Assembly: GCA_964016885.1 (NCBI GenBank)
Contig: OZ024740.1
Span: 130,758,001-130,822,000, forward strand
Direction of reading: 5' to 3'
DNA length: 64,000 nucleotides
Source: Eledone cirrhosa
Taxonomy: Eukaryota
Shown: positions 40,201 to 53,953 of the stretch, piece after piece
How positions within the stretch are numbered: the stretch's first letter is position 1
How the letters are laid out: the number at the start of each line of letters is the position of its first letter
Notes under the pieces: model-generated
Database searches by the model: none
The model's input: only the letters and a program-made list of their open reading frames with translations
Told to the model about the DNA's origin: nothing
Program-made: the position numbers and the translations under genes

Positions 40201-41861
40201 GATGAAGTTAAAAAAATTAATAATCGATATTCAATATTAAAGAGGTTAGAAAATTTAAAGTTCAACAGTTTAACGTTTAATTATATAATAGTTCCGATTT
40301 GTTCTGTAATTTAAAGGAACTATATGGCGGTTAAAACACCGGCCGCGCCCCGGGCCTCATGGCTAATTAAGCTACGCCGATTATTTTCATTTACTGAAAG
40401 AAGGTGACATTTATTTTTCCAAGCACTCCAGGTGAGCTCGTTCGCCAGGGAGCTGGTCGCGCCGCCATTAAAACCCACCCAACAGTCCGACAGAAAGTTG
40501 GAGCTTTAAAACTTTGCTTAGAGAAGTAAAAGAGTAATGGTTGATAGCTACAAGAAGGAAGATAGAAAGAGAGAAGAAGGAAGGTCGATATTAATGTCAC
40601 ACCAGTCGGGCCAGGAGTGGCGCGAAAAATGTTCACAGGGACCCGCATCTTAGCAAAGGTGAATATATTGGGGGTCAGTGTGTTACAATGTTTAGACTTA
40701 TAGGATGAAATTAAAAAAATAATCAATATTCCGTATTAAAGAGGTTAGAAAATTTAAAGCTCAACAGTTTCATGTTGATATATCTAATAGTTCCGATTTG
40801 TTCTGTAATTTAAAGGTACTATTTGGCGGTTAAAACACCGGCTGCGCCCCGGGCCCCATGGCGAATTAAGCCACGCCGAGTATTTTCATTTACCGAAAGA
40901 AGGGGAAATTTATTTTTCCAAGCACTCCAGGTGAGCTCGTTCGCCAGGGAGCTGGTCGCGCCGCCGCCAAAACCCACCCAACGGTCCGACAGAAAGTTGG
41001 AACTTTAGAATTTTGCTTAACTCTATCGGATGAAGTTGAAAGAATTCAGGATAACATTATAAAACTAAGGAGTAAGAAGATTGAGAAATGAACAAACAGA
41101 AAATTGAAGATTAAACATTCAAATAACTTCTATGAGGTTTTGGTTTGCGGGGTTTAATTAAATAGAGTATTTTATGAAGAAACGTTAATTGTATTATGTA
41201 GATCTGTAATTTATCCTAGTGGGATGTAGAGTACGGGATACAGTCGTGTAATGTTTAATTTTTGGTCTCCGGAGGAGACATTCTAGTGTCGTGTGCTAAT
41301 GGGTACAGGTCCCAATGTGAGTAGTAGAAATACATGGATACATAGAAGTGGAATACGTGGAAGAGCACATTGGTACAGCAGAGGTATAAATATATAAACA
41401 TATCAATATATAGGTATAAACATGTAAATAAACCAACAAGAGTGGTGTTGGAGTAAGATGGAGAAATCAGGACATAGGAGAATTACAATATAGTTCAGGT
41501 TGCAGTATTTATGTTCCCGGGGGGGGGGGGGGGGCAATCCTGTGTTGTGTGCTAAGGGTGCACGCGAGAAAAAGTCCGAATAAAGGGATTACATTCACGT
41601 ATTATATTTCGAATACCTGATGATATCACCGGATTAATACGGAACCCGGTCATTGAAATGATCATAGTATAATAAACCTTTCAAGGATTTACACAAATCC
41701 AGCCTCCTGTCATTTCATTATAATATTTAACTCCGTAATAGCACCACCAACTACAAAAACAAAGACGGTTGAACTGCTTTACGTTGAGTACACTCTATAT
41801 TATTGCATTACGATTGACCATACGGAATAGACCAGCTCTATACAGTGGTGAACCGCAAACC

Positions 41862-41867
<6 letters not shown>
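37282..41867 (-). mobile_element. Non-coding tandem HHR element (2230-bp period) with inverted terminal arm
   Basis: 37282-37547 repeats at 39512-39777 and the similarity continues through both units. Internal ~490-bp and ~240-bp subduplications. 41588-41867 is the reverse complement of 39371-39651. No recognisable ORF. Flanked by (TA)n. Confidence 0.85.
41613..41670 (+). ncRNA. Type I hammerhead; minus-strand copies at 37339-37396 and 39569-39626
   Basis: ATAC-CTGATGA-tatcACCGG...CCGGTcatt-GAAA-TGATCA-TA-GTAT, with palindromic stem III. Confidence 0.82.
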
Positions 41868-41903
<36 letters not shown>

Positions 41904-41926
41904 TATATATATAGAGAGAGAGATAG

Positions 41927-41957
<31 letters not shown>

Positions 41958-42497
41958 TATATAGATAGATAGAGAGAGAGATAAATAGTGAGAGAGAGAG
42001 GTAAAGAGTGAGTGTGTGTGAGAGAGAGAGATGGAGATAATAATATTATGATCAGATTTCGTTAGAAGAAATTAAAGTCTATATCAGCATGCAATGATTT
42101 TGGCACGACAGTTTAAAGGTTTATCAAGTGTTTCCATGGTGGTTAAATGTGGGTACAATGAACGTAATTCCAAGAGTTTTTGACAGTCTCGAATTGCCAT
42201 TGACACACTGTATGCAATTTTCTTGGAACGAGAGGGAAATGTTATAACATTTGTTTTAATCACCCACTCAGCTGCCACTAGGTTAGTTGGTGCACCCTAC
42301 ACAAGTTACGTATGAAACGACAACATTAATTGACGGTGGATATGATTTTGTGTTGTCAATGAAGATTTGAATAAAACTTTATAGCTTTTTACTTTTTAAT
42401 CTTCTGAATATGTCGTACCCCCTCTCTCTCTATCTTTCTGTCAGACCACACTCATATGTACATATATTTACTACCGTAAACTTTTGGTAGATTTATC

Positions 42498-42570
<73 letters not shown>

Positions 42571-43118
42571 GTGAGATTTTTTTACAAAATAAAAAATAAC
42601 CGAGGTGTCCTACACGAGTGAAAGTATAAAGAAAAAAAGGTGAAATCGAAAATGCAACTGGAGTCTTATTTAAAAAAAAACATATATATTTATTTGGTTC
42701 CTTTATCGGTTTCGCAGTTCTCCTGCTTTTCAAAAGTAGAGTTGAGATGGAAGTCTGTGGTTTTTCTCATGTTATCACCTCTTTATATAATATATATGAA
42801 AAGTGTAATTTTCTACACAAAACGAAGGTTATAGAGAAAATTGAGGTTGGTAATGGCACATGGAATATATAAGAGACAGAATACTTTTTTGTGAAAAAAC
42901 ATAATTTTATAAGGTAAGGAAATAATAAAGGGTATAAAAAATGACCGGTTTCGATGGGTCTGCAAAAGCCATCTTTTCAAATGTTGATTAATATTAAGAA
43001 AAATTAATAATACGAAGAGTTAACATTTGAGATTTGAAAATTCAAGTATAAAATTCATTGTGGGATTTCATAGCAGTTTTCATCTAGGTAGCAACAATAA
43101 TTTTTCTTAATATTAATC

Positions 43119-43166
43119 AACATTTGAAAAGATGGCTTTTGCAGACCCATCGAAACCGGTCATTTT
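43119..43166 (+). ncRNA. Minimal hammerhead with U3:A8 core (7 copies: 25222-25269 -, 25525-25572 +, 42938-42985 -, 43119-43166 +, 48039-48086 +, 53362-53409 -, 55052-55099 +)
   Basis: AACAT-TTGAAAA-GATGG cttttgcagac CCATC-GAAA-CCGG-TC-ATTTT. Palindromic stem III; stem I is weak with one mismatch. Confidence 0.78.
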
Positions 43167-43337
43167 TTATACCCTTTATTATTTCCTTACCTTATAAAAT
43201 TATATGTTTTTTCACAAAAAAGTATTCTGTCTCTTATATATTCCATGTGCCATTACTAACCCCAATTTTCTCTATAACCTTCGTTTTGTGTAGAAAATTA
43301 CACGTTTCATATATACTAACCTACGCAAATCCGGAAA

Positions 43338-44612
43338 ATGGCACTGGAACAAGACAGCACAACTTCAAACTCCAATACAAATGAGGAAATCCTGAAAATC
43401 CTAAAAGAGATAAATGGAAAACTCACCATTCTGACAAAAAAACAGGATATACCCCAAACCACCACACAGACTGACAACCAAATTTATTTAAACGTTCAAA
43501 ACGTATGCAACTCCATCGAAAAACTTATGAATACCAACACAGACCAAACGACATTGCTCCATATCAGAAACCAAATGGGACACCTCTGGAAAAAACATCT
43601 AAAAACCAGAAAATTCACTTTCTGGAATATGATAAAAAACCTCAACAAAGCTGGAATTTACCAAACATGGATTAACTCAACACCGATAGTTTTACCACGT
43701 AAATTCCAAATAAAGCATATTACAAACGAACCTGAACCAGAAAGAAAACTCCGTGAACAAATGTCACTCAACAGGATAAACATGGAAATAGAACTCCTAA
43801 AATTAAGGGCCACCTCAAACGAGCAAGAGTATAAGGATACTGATAAAAATATGGAGGAAGAATGCACTAAAAAGGCCGAGGGAACAACCCTACAAAATAT
43901 AATCAAATCGTGGAAACAGGACTGCGAGAATGCAGAAACTATTTCCCTTAAACGGTAGGAAAAATCCGAAAACGGGTTCCTCAAATATGAAGAAGACTTT
44001 AGAAGGACGCACCAAACAGTTAACCCCTTTATAAAGCATTTGAACATAACAAGAACTACAACAGACACATTTACACCACCAAACCCAACACACACTAACC
44101 ACAGGCACATCCCCCACCAACACAAACCAAATACGGCCAACTACACCAAAAGAAACACACCCAACCACCACAACACAGGTTTCTGTAGAAATGCCCCCTA
44201 CATAAACCAACGACGAAATAACATAGATCCAACTCACAACACACACACCACATTCCTCAGAAGAAATCCACCCAGACCACTTGAAATCACAACAGAACTT
44301 ACCCACAACCACACCAGACATCACCCTCAATCCAACAAAAGACAACCCCCCAACCTCAACACTCTGTACCACAGAAATAACGCACCCAGACCACATGAAC
44401 CAACAACAGAACCCTTGCTCATCAACAACCACAACACATACCACCCCCACCATCACATTCACCCTCATGAAACAACAAGCTACAGACCCACACGCAACAG
44501 ACCAACAAAATATAATCACACACAAAACTACATTCCTTTTTTAGGGAAAAGCCTGAAATACCAGGATACTCGATGCCCCCCCCCCCCCCCCCTCAGGAGA
44601 AACCAAAAATAA
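43338..44612 (+). pseudogene. Upstream ORF of the Neptune element (helical/coiled-coil-like N part, His/Asn/Thr/Pro-rich C part), one in-frame stop
   Basis: 43338-43958 and 44040-44612 are in the same frame, separated only by TAG at 43956-43958. Confidence 0.72.
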
Positions 44613-46836
44613 TCAACCTCTCAAAGACACCTCTAACCAACACACAAATCAACATTTTAAGTAAGGACCTGAAATTTACACCTACACCACGTAAACCAAA
44701 CTTCCCCGAAATGAAGGATGACATCATGGAATACTGCCGAAAGCTGCGACTAACGGAATTCTTCCACAACGACACCAACACTGAAGACGAATCACTGGTT
44801 AGAAATAAAAGCAATTTCTGCCCACAAAAGGGAAGAAATAAAGCACTGGACACGTACTGCGAACACATCACTAACTTTACCTATGAAATAATTACAAATA
44901 AACACACGAAATCAAACCTATCTACACACGAATGGGAAGAATTATTCACACTTAGAAACAACCCTGAGATAACCATCAAAGAAGCCGATAAAGGCAGTAC
45001 TGTTGTCATTATGAATACGGACTACTATAGGACCCTCGCACTTAACATTTTAGAAAACAACACATACTATGAAAATACAGAAAACTACAAACACACCAAA
45101 ACAATGGGGAACCTTTTGACCTTACTGAATAAATATCGCAACAGCTTAACCACGAAATAGTTTAACTATATAAGCCACTTCAAATGCAATACAAGCTCTT
45201 TTTACGTCTTACCGAAACTCCACGAATGTAAACCCATAAACGATGCATGTGACACCTCAACCAACAATTACATTGAACTAACACCACCAGAAGACCTAAA
45301 ACTCAGGCCAATTATAGCAGGCCCTACATGTGAAACCCACAGACTTAGCAACTTTCTGGACATCCTACTGAAACCATTTCTACAACATATACAGAGCTAC
45401 ATACGAGATGACCTTGACATGCTGAAACACCTCCCTAAAACAGTAAGTGCAAATACAATTCTTGTCTCCTTTGACGTAATAAACCTCTACACAAACATAC
45501 CTCACAACTATGGAATAACAGCAGTCCAATACTGGCTTAACACACACCCATCAGAAATACCGACACGCATCAACACAGATTTTATCACTGACGGACTCCG
45601 CTTTATCCTACAAATAACTACTTCACATTCAATGGTTCAACATACAGACAAGTATCAGGTACGGCAATGGGCACGAAAGTAGCACCCACATATGCCAACC
45701 TAGTCATGGGATTCCATGAACAACAAATATACAGTCAGTCCCTTCTCTTATTTGGAGACTCTTTCCACACACACCTCAAAGCCAATTGGAAAAGATATCT
45801 AGACGACTGCTTTATCCTATGGCAAGAAGACAAGAACTCACTACGTTTAAAAACATGATAAACAACATAGATAATAACATACAATTCACAATGGAATCCA
45901 ATCCTAAGGAATTAGCCTTCTTGGATATTCTCATCTCTGTAATAGACGGGAAATTAGATACAGATATATTCTATAAACCCACAGATTCCAAGCAATACCT
46001 CTTTTTCACATCAAGTCACCCAAAACATACAAAACTTAACATTCCTTACAATTTGGCCAAACGTATATGTACCATAGTATCAGATCCACCTAAACGGGAG
46101 CAAAGACTAAAGGAACTAAAAGAGCCTTTCCACTTGAAATAATCAACAATGGAATAGACAGGGCAAAACACCTAAATCCCCATCAACTTAACAATCCAAA
46201 ACAGAAAACCACACTCAACACCCTGCCATATGTATCCACTTTCAACCCCAGAAATACCTAAATGTTTGATCACCTACACAAAAACCTCCCTATCCTACTT
46301 AAAGATGTAAAAATGAAGTCTATTCTTGAAACACACAAGATCCTTAAAAGTAAAAGACAACCCAAATCACTTAAACGCATTCTCACTGGACCAAATATAC
46401 CCAAACCAATCCTCAACCCTACAGTTACCAAATGTGGTAGAACAAACTGTGGAACGTGCCTCTACCTCACTGAAGGACAAACATTTACATTCAAAGATGG
46501 CCAAACATTTACAGTAAAAAACAATTTCACCTGCAACTCGGAGAACTTGATTTACGCAATAACTTGCGGTGGGTGCAAACACAACTACATAGGACAGACG
46601 GGCACCTCATTACGCAAAAGAATGACCATCTACCGCAACAAATCCGGGACTTTAACACAAGAAAAATCCCCTTGAGCAGCCATATTGCGAACTGCGCAGG
46701 TATGACACTACCCAACTTTAAAATCTTCCCCTTCTACAAGTGCTTAGATTCGTTCACACAGCAACAAAGAATAAACAAAGAAAATCTATTCCTTAACAAA
46801 TTTAAACCAAAACTAAACGGGTTATCACCCCAATAG
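44573..46836 (+). pseudogene. Neptune-type RT plus Cys linker plus GIY-YIG endonuclease, disrupted
   Basis: IINLS..L...LSK.LKFTPTP, IKEADKGSTVVIMN, LRPIIAG, FDVINLYTNIPH, MGTKVAPTYANL, WKRYLDDCF, FLDI, YKPTDS, CGRTNCGTC, TCNSENLIYAITCGGCKHNYIGQT, FKPKLN. Confidence 0.95.
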
Positions 46837-47462
46837 AATTGTCATAAAAGATAAACACACATACGCACGGAATCACTACTATTAAAGACCAGAGACCAAT
46901 TCTGTAGAATCAGGTTTATTCGTTGACAGACCATGCCTTTGTGTGACCAACACATCCCTGTTAAACCCTGCACGTGCACACACATATATCTATATATATA
47001 TGCGCACACAGAATTCACCACTGTCGGTTGCGGGGCCCAATCTACATGAAGAACTCAATGTGATCAGAATGACTTGTATTTTAATTTCACTGTCCCAACT
47101 TCTTATATTATGGAAAAAATATATGTGTCTGTATGTATATATATATATATATTTGGAGGCCATTTCTCTGTGTGTGGGTGTATGTATGTGTATATGTGTG
47201 TGTGTGTGTATGTGTGTGCATGTGGATGTATGTATTGCGTGTGCGCGCGTGTGTGTGTGTGTGTATGTATGTGTGTATCTGGATGTATGCGTATGTGTAT
47301 ATATATATATATGCGTGTGTGTGTGTGTATATATATGTGTGTGTATGTGTATATATATGTGTGTGTGTGTGTATGTTTGTATGTGTGTATGTATATATAT
47401 GTGTGTGTGTGTTTATGTATGTGTGTGTGTGGGGGGTGTATATATATATATATATATATGTG

Positions 47463-47505
<43 letters not shown>

Positions 47506-47538
47506 GTGTATCTGGATGTATGTGTATGTATATATATA

Positions 47539-47573
<35 letters not shown>

Positions 47574-47645
47574 GTGGGTGTATGTGTATATATGTGTGTG
47601 TGTGTATGTGTGTATGTATATGTATGTGTGATGTATGTATGTGTG

Positions 47646-47682
<37 letters not shown>

Positions 47683-48183
47683 GTATATGTATGTATGTGT
47701 GGATGAAGGTATGTGTGTATATATAGGTGTAAGTGCACTAAATCCCTTTCTATCACGCTCCACTCTCCTACCCACCACAAGAAGATATGTGTATGTATAT
47801 TGCTTCCACCCCCTCACTGACCAGCAGCTGGCCAGTTGGCCATTGCTAAATCTGACCTTTATAAAATAACCCACACCCCAAATAACTTCTCATTCACTAC
47901 CAGAAAGGGACACAGCAGTCAACCTGTTGTTGCTACCTAGATGAAAACAGCTATGAAATCCCACAATGAATTTTATACTTGAATTTTCAAATCTCAAATT
48001 TTAACTCTTCGTATTATTAATTTTTCTTAATATTAATCAACATTTGAAAAGATGGCTTTCGCAGACCCATCGAAACCGGTCATTTTTTATACCCTTTATT
48101 ATTTCCTTACCTTATAAAATTATGTTTTTTCACAAAAAAGTATTCTGTCTCTTATATATTCCATGTGCCATTACCAACCTCAA

Positions 48184-48217
<34 letters not shown>

Positions 48218-48218
48218 C

Positions 48219-49028
<810 letters not shown>

Positions 49029-51282
49029 ATATATATATATATATCAAGTGTCCGCTAACATATATATTGGCTGCAAATTTAATGTCTACTTTTACGCTGA
49101 AATGAGGATACTTATATTTCCGATAGTAGTATTGCACTGTATATCATTATAGCTTCATTCATTCTCCTTTCTTACAGAAGTCGTCATATGCCAAATTGGA
49201 GATATTAACAGTAATAGCTCATATCTACAGATAAACTATACATTGCAAATATCACTAAAATCCGTGGACAATGTCCTGCATGTAATATATCTACATTTAA
49301 GGTTTATTTGCGTCAGCAATATAGTAAAATATCAGCTTTTCAGTACAAGTGTGTCATTTCAAACATTCTAATGTAGAACAGAAAATGTTGTTTCCGTGTG
49401 GCATACTATCTATATACTTTTCAGATTAGTCATACGACATACACATGTACATATATAAATATATATATATATATATACATACGTGTGTGTGTGTGTGTGT
49501 GTGTGAGTGAGTAGGTCTGTTTATGTGCCTGAGTTTACGTAAGTATACATATACGTATTGCGTGCCCATGCCGGTAAATAATTATCTCTGTTAGCTACAG
49601 TTCTTTGCTGTGACCTTTTATAAAGACATACATGAAAGATTACTTGTCAAAACAATACTGCCCTTTTACTTCGTCAAAACGTACAAGTAAATTGAAGTCG
49701 TACGAAGTAAAAAATCAATAGCACAACGTAACAAGTAATCATTAATTGCGTTTTAAAAATGTAATGTTGCTGTATGTATATTTTCCTTACTTTCATGTAA
49801 AGTTGCTATTGCATCATGTGGAGCATACACGTATACATCTTTTTGCGTTCTAATTTGTGTAGTTGCGGAGAATATAGAAATTCCCACTTTGTGTACGTCA
49901 TCAGTTTGTCTTTGTTTTGGGGTTTCGTGTATTTGTTTATTTGTGCTAATGTAGGTTTTCCCTGTTGTATGTATTGTGTGCATTCTACTATTTAACTGGT
50001 ATTAATGTTGTGCCAAAAAGTAGAAACAATTAATGTTGTAGAGTATATCTTTTGTGAGTTTTGTGATGATTTTCTACTTCAGCTCTTGGTTTGCATCATT
50101 AAGGCCTTTTGTAAATTGTTGGCTCTTCCTAGTAGAACCATATTCGTGTGGTTTATTTTATGGACATGCCGTCTTTATTTATTTTCATATTTATAATTAT
50201 CCTGCTCGTTACTCCAATTATTACTACAGGTTTTCATTTTAAACTTCATACACTACAACTTGTATATTTCAGTTTCAACATTTATTTTTATTTTAAAATA
50301 TGTTTCGTGCACTATAAAAACCAGACATCATTGAGATAACTTTCACTGTCCATGGGATTTTACAGCACTCGATTAATATGGCTAATCTTCCTACATAAAT
50401 ATTTTTGTTACTTTCATGGAGCATATCCCGCACATTTCCCTGTGCGTTCGCTGTCAAGCACCGGTTTTTTAAGTATGTGCCACTATATGTCCATTTTCAT
50501 ATTTACGTCAGCCTGTTGTTCAGTGGATACATTTCCATTGTGTTTGTGTATGCAGTCGATTTTGTGAAGGCCTAGGTAGCCGGAGATGATATCTGATAGT
50601 TGTTTTTGATGTCACAATTAGCTTCAGATCACCATTATCAATATTCATTTCTAAATTGTATTTGTTAAGTCTTTTAATTTTCCCTCTTTACTTAATACCA
50701 CTTTTATAGTAAGTAGCGTGCTATTTTCTTTTCCTCTTTTCTACTACGTTCATGCATGCCTGTTTTGATGAACTATTTCATAGGTAACATATTTGGCTAT
50801 ACTTTCAACGTGAAATTTGCTGAGTTGCCATAAAGCATTGTACTACAATCAAATGTCATTGTCAGCCGACCATCCCCTCGCATCCACAGTAATATTCCCC
50901 TCCAACCATTGTATATTATTCAATGCGATGATTTAACGCTCTGGTGTATTAGTCTACGTTACTGTTGTTGCCTGTTGTTTTTTTTTATCTCATTAAATAT
51001 TATCTAATCCCAAATTTGTTAACTTGACATTATGCTTGGCTTTTTCTCTTTTCTCTGAAGCCTCATCTGATGTGAAACATATCAGGCTTTACCGATGCTC
51101 TGTTTTATTTGGTTCAGTCATAATTTAGTATTCTATATCTACAATCAGCAAATTTAAATTTTTTTTACAACATTGAATATGAAAGAGCAAGTGAAAACAA
51201 AACGTGCATGAGGTAAAATTCATTGTCGGGTGTGTTATTTAACACATGTAATTTAAGGCGTGCTGTGAGAACCGGGTAATAA

Positions 51283-51461
51283 CTGTTTCTACTTTAGGCA
51301 CAAGGCCAGCAATTACCCAGTGCATTACTGGTACTTTATTTTATCGACCCCGTAAGGATGAAAGGCAAAGTCAACCTCGGCGGGATTTGAACTCAGATCG
51401 AAAAGGGACGTAACTATGCTGGAAATCATGGCGTCCGACCCTCTACCGATACTGCCAATCT
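51283..51461 (-). mobile_element. OR1-like SINE with 13-bp target-site duplication
   Basis: Reverse complement of the 35512 SINE. AACCGGGTAATAA occurs at 51270-51282 and 51462-51474. Confidence 0.9.
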
Positions 51462-51625
51462 AACCGGGTAATAAGGTAATGAATTAACTATGACAGCTAT
51501 TCAACAATCATGGAGTTCATTATGACGACGTCGTGAGTATACCTGACAACTCACTTGTGTATATACATACATACACGCAAACACACATACACACACATGT
51601 ACATACATATATGTATATATATACA

Positions 51626-51703
<78 letters not shown>

Positions 51704-51705
<2 letters not shown>

Positions 51706-51825
51706 TGAAGGCGTGTAGCTGAGTGGTTAGAGAATTGGATTCGCAATCATAAGGTTGTGAGTTCGATTCCTGGACCAGGCGATGCGTTATGTCCTTGGGC
51801 AAGACACTTTATTTCACGTTGCTCC
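51704..51825 (+). mobile_element. tRNA-derived SINE 5' part (another octopus-type family)
   Basis: A box TAGCTGAGTGG, B box GAGTTCGATTCC, then GTCCTTGGGCAAGACACTTTATTTCACGTTGCTCC. Confidence 0.82.
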
Positions 51826-51994
51826 TTCTACCTGGAGTTGCGACCGATAGATTGTATTAGCAATTGGAAAGACCAACGGAAACATTGTTCCCTTGGTCGG
51901 ATTTGACGAAAGTCGATCGTTCCTTTATAGATATATATATATATAAGTATATATAATACTGGCAAAACGTATCAGTATATATAAATATGTATAT

Positions 51995-53040
51995 ACTATG
52001 ATAGGTTTTAGCCCGTATTGGCCAAGGCTATGTCTAACTTAAGAGCACCACATAACGTAGATTTTCAAATCATGATTTGGACACAATGGACCACTGAAGA
52101 AGTGAGTTAGTGTTTGCGTTGTCATCGGGTGTAGGAGGTTTAGCCGGGATTTTTTGAAGGAATTTGTCCAAAGACTTCTTGAACTTTATGGTGTCTGCTT
52201 CTGTATTAAGGTGTTTTGGTGTAATGTTAAAAAAGGGCGGGGCCAAATGAGGTGAGATAATTGTTGTGTAGTATTGTTATGAGATGCGAGTTTGATTTTT
52301 GTCGTGGGCAGATAGGACTGGGCCCAAGCCTTAGGTATAGTTTAAAAGTGATGCCAACATCATTTGGGAGATGCTGATGGAATACTTTCTATATTATGCA
52401 TATAATGTAGCGCTCACAGCGGCGCTGGAAAAATTAAAGTTTGAGGTTTTCTAGTCGGCCCCATTAGACAAGTCCTGACATACCATCTATGTTTTTCGTG
52501 GTTGATCTTTGAGTATCTTCAACTTTCATGATACTTTGTTTCGTGTGGGGAGACCACGGCGGAAAACTGTATTCAAGGTGTGGTCGAGCAAAAGTGGAGA
52601 AGAGAAGGATAATAGTGTGGATATCTCACGACTATCAGGTTCTGAGAATCCAGGAAGACACTCTGTTTATATAACTGGCCCAGCTAGCTTATATAGTTAT
52701 CCACAAATACTCCCAAGTCTCTATGCTGTTAGATGTCATGAGAGTTTCACCTGAAGGAAGGACGTATGGGAGTTTCAGAGCATCTTCTTTTCGAAAGCAG
52801 ATTAACGCAAACGTATCCTCATTCAGCAGCATATTGTTCATTTCCCCCCATTGGATTAAAGCCAGTAGATAGGATAGGAGGCATATCCTGTCACCCATTC
52901 CATTGATGACCTTCTGGATCTTGTAATCATCTGCGAAGATCCTTATGATGCTTTGCTTGATGATGTCAGTAATGTCGTTAATATAGATAAAGAAAAGAAG
53001 TGGTCCCCAAAAAGTGCCTTGTGGGACACCTATTACTCTC
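51995..53040 (-). mobile_element. CR1-like LINE 3' fragment
   Basis: Minus translation: GVPQGT.LGPLLFFIYINDI...IRIFADDYKI, RPHLEYSFPPWSPH, KVEDTQRSTTK, RLENLKL..FQRRCERY. Confidence 0.87.
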
Positions 53041-53138
53041 TCTATATATATATACGTTGTTACACAACAGTTAGTTCACCATACCGAGAAAAATTGTTTC
53101 ACCTTAGCGGATCCTCAACTCGTAATGGACACTGTTAT

Positions 53139-53221
<83 letters not shown>

Positions 53222-53229
<8 letters not shown>

Positions 53230-53777
53230 TAGTGTAATACAAAACGAAGGTTATAGAGAAAATTGAGGTTGGTAATGGCACATGGAATATATAAGAGACA
53301 GAATACTTTTTTGTGAAAAAACATATAATTTTATAAGGTAAGGAAATAATAAAGGGTATGAAAAATGACCGGTTTCGATGGGTCTGCAAAAGCCATCTTT
53401 TCAAATGTTGATTAATATTAAGAAAAATTAATAATACGAAGAGTTAAAATTTGAGATTTGAAAATTCAAGTATAAAATTCATTGTGGGATTTCATAGTAG
53501 TTTTCATCTAGGTAGCAACAACAGGTTGACTGCTGTGTCACTTTCTAGTAGTGAATGAGAAGTTATTTGGGGTGTGGGTTATTTTATAAAGGTCAGATTT
53601 AGCAATGGCCAACTGGCCAGCTGCTGGTCAGTGAGGGGGTGGAAGCAATATACATAAACATATCTTCCTGTGGTGGGTAGGGGAGTGGAGCGTGATAGAA
53701 AGGGATTTAGTGCACTTACACCTATATATACACACATACCTTCATCCACACATACATACATATACATATACATACAC

Positions 53778-53838
<61 letters not shown>

Positions 53839-53905
53839 CACACATACATACACACACACATACATATACATACACACATACACACACACACACATATATA
53901 CACAT

Positions 53906-53953
<48 letters not shown>

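Larger units (their letters stand above)
42790..48190 (+). mobile_element. Near full-length Neptune-type Penelope-like element
   Basis: Inverted pLTR 42790-43095, direct partial pLTR 43097-43320, ORFs 43338-46836, microsatellite-rich 3' UTR, 3' pLTR ~47930-48190. Confidence 0.93.

Noticed and set aside
37282-41867. CRISPR array or LTR retrotransposon
   Set aside because: No short repeat-spacer periodicity, no TG..CA termini, no PBS and no gag/pol. The context is eukaryotic.
42084-42278. 64-aa ORF as a host exon
   Set aside because: No recognisable motif and no consistent splice signals.
43124-43384. Recurrent [18 protein letters not shown]... as a multicopy small gene
   Set aside because: It is the pLTR/hammerhead read from a TTG start, and the C-termini differ with each flank.
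49750-51170. Coding-like minus-strand region with a faint Pif1/Helitron helicase resemblance (TIHTTGKT)
   Set aside because: It needs several frameshifts and has many stops, so it is not supportable without a profile search.
51704-51780. Functional tRNA gene
   Set aside because: The acceptor stem does not close and the sequence continues into a SINE body.
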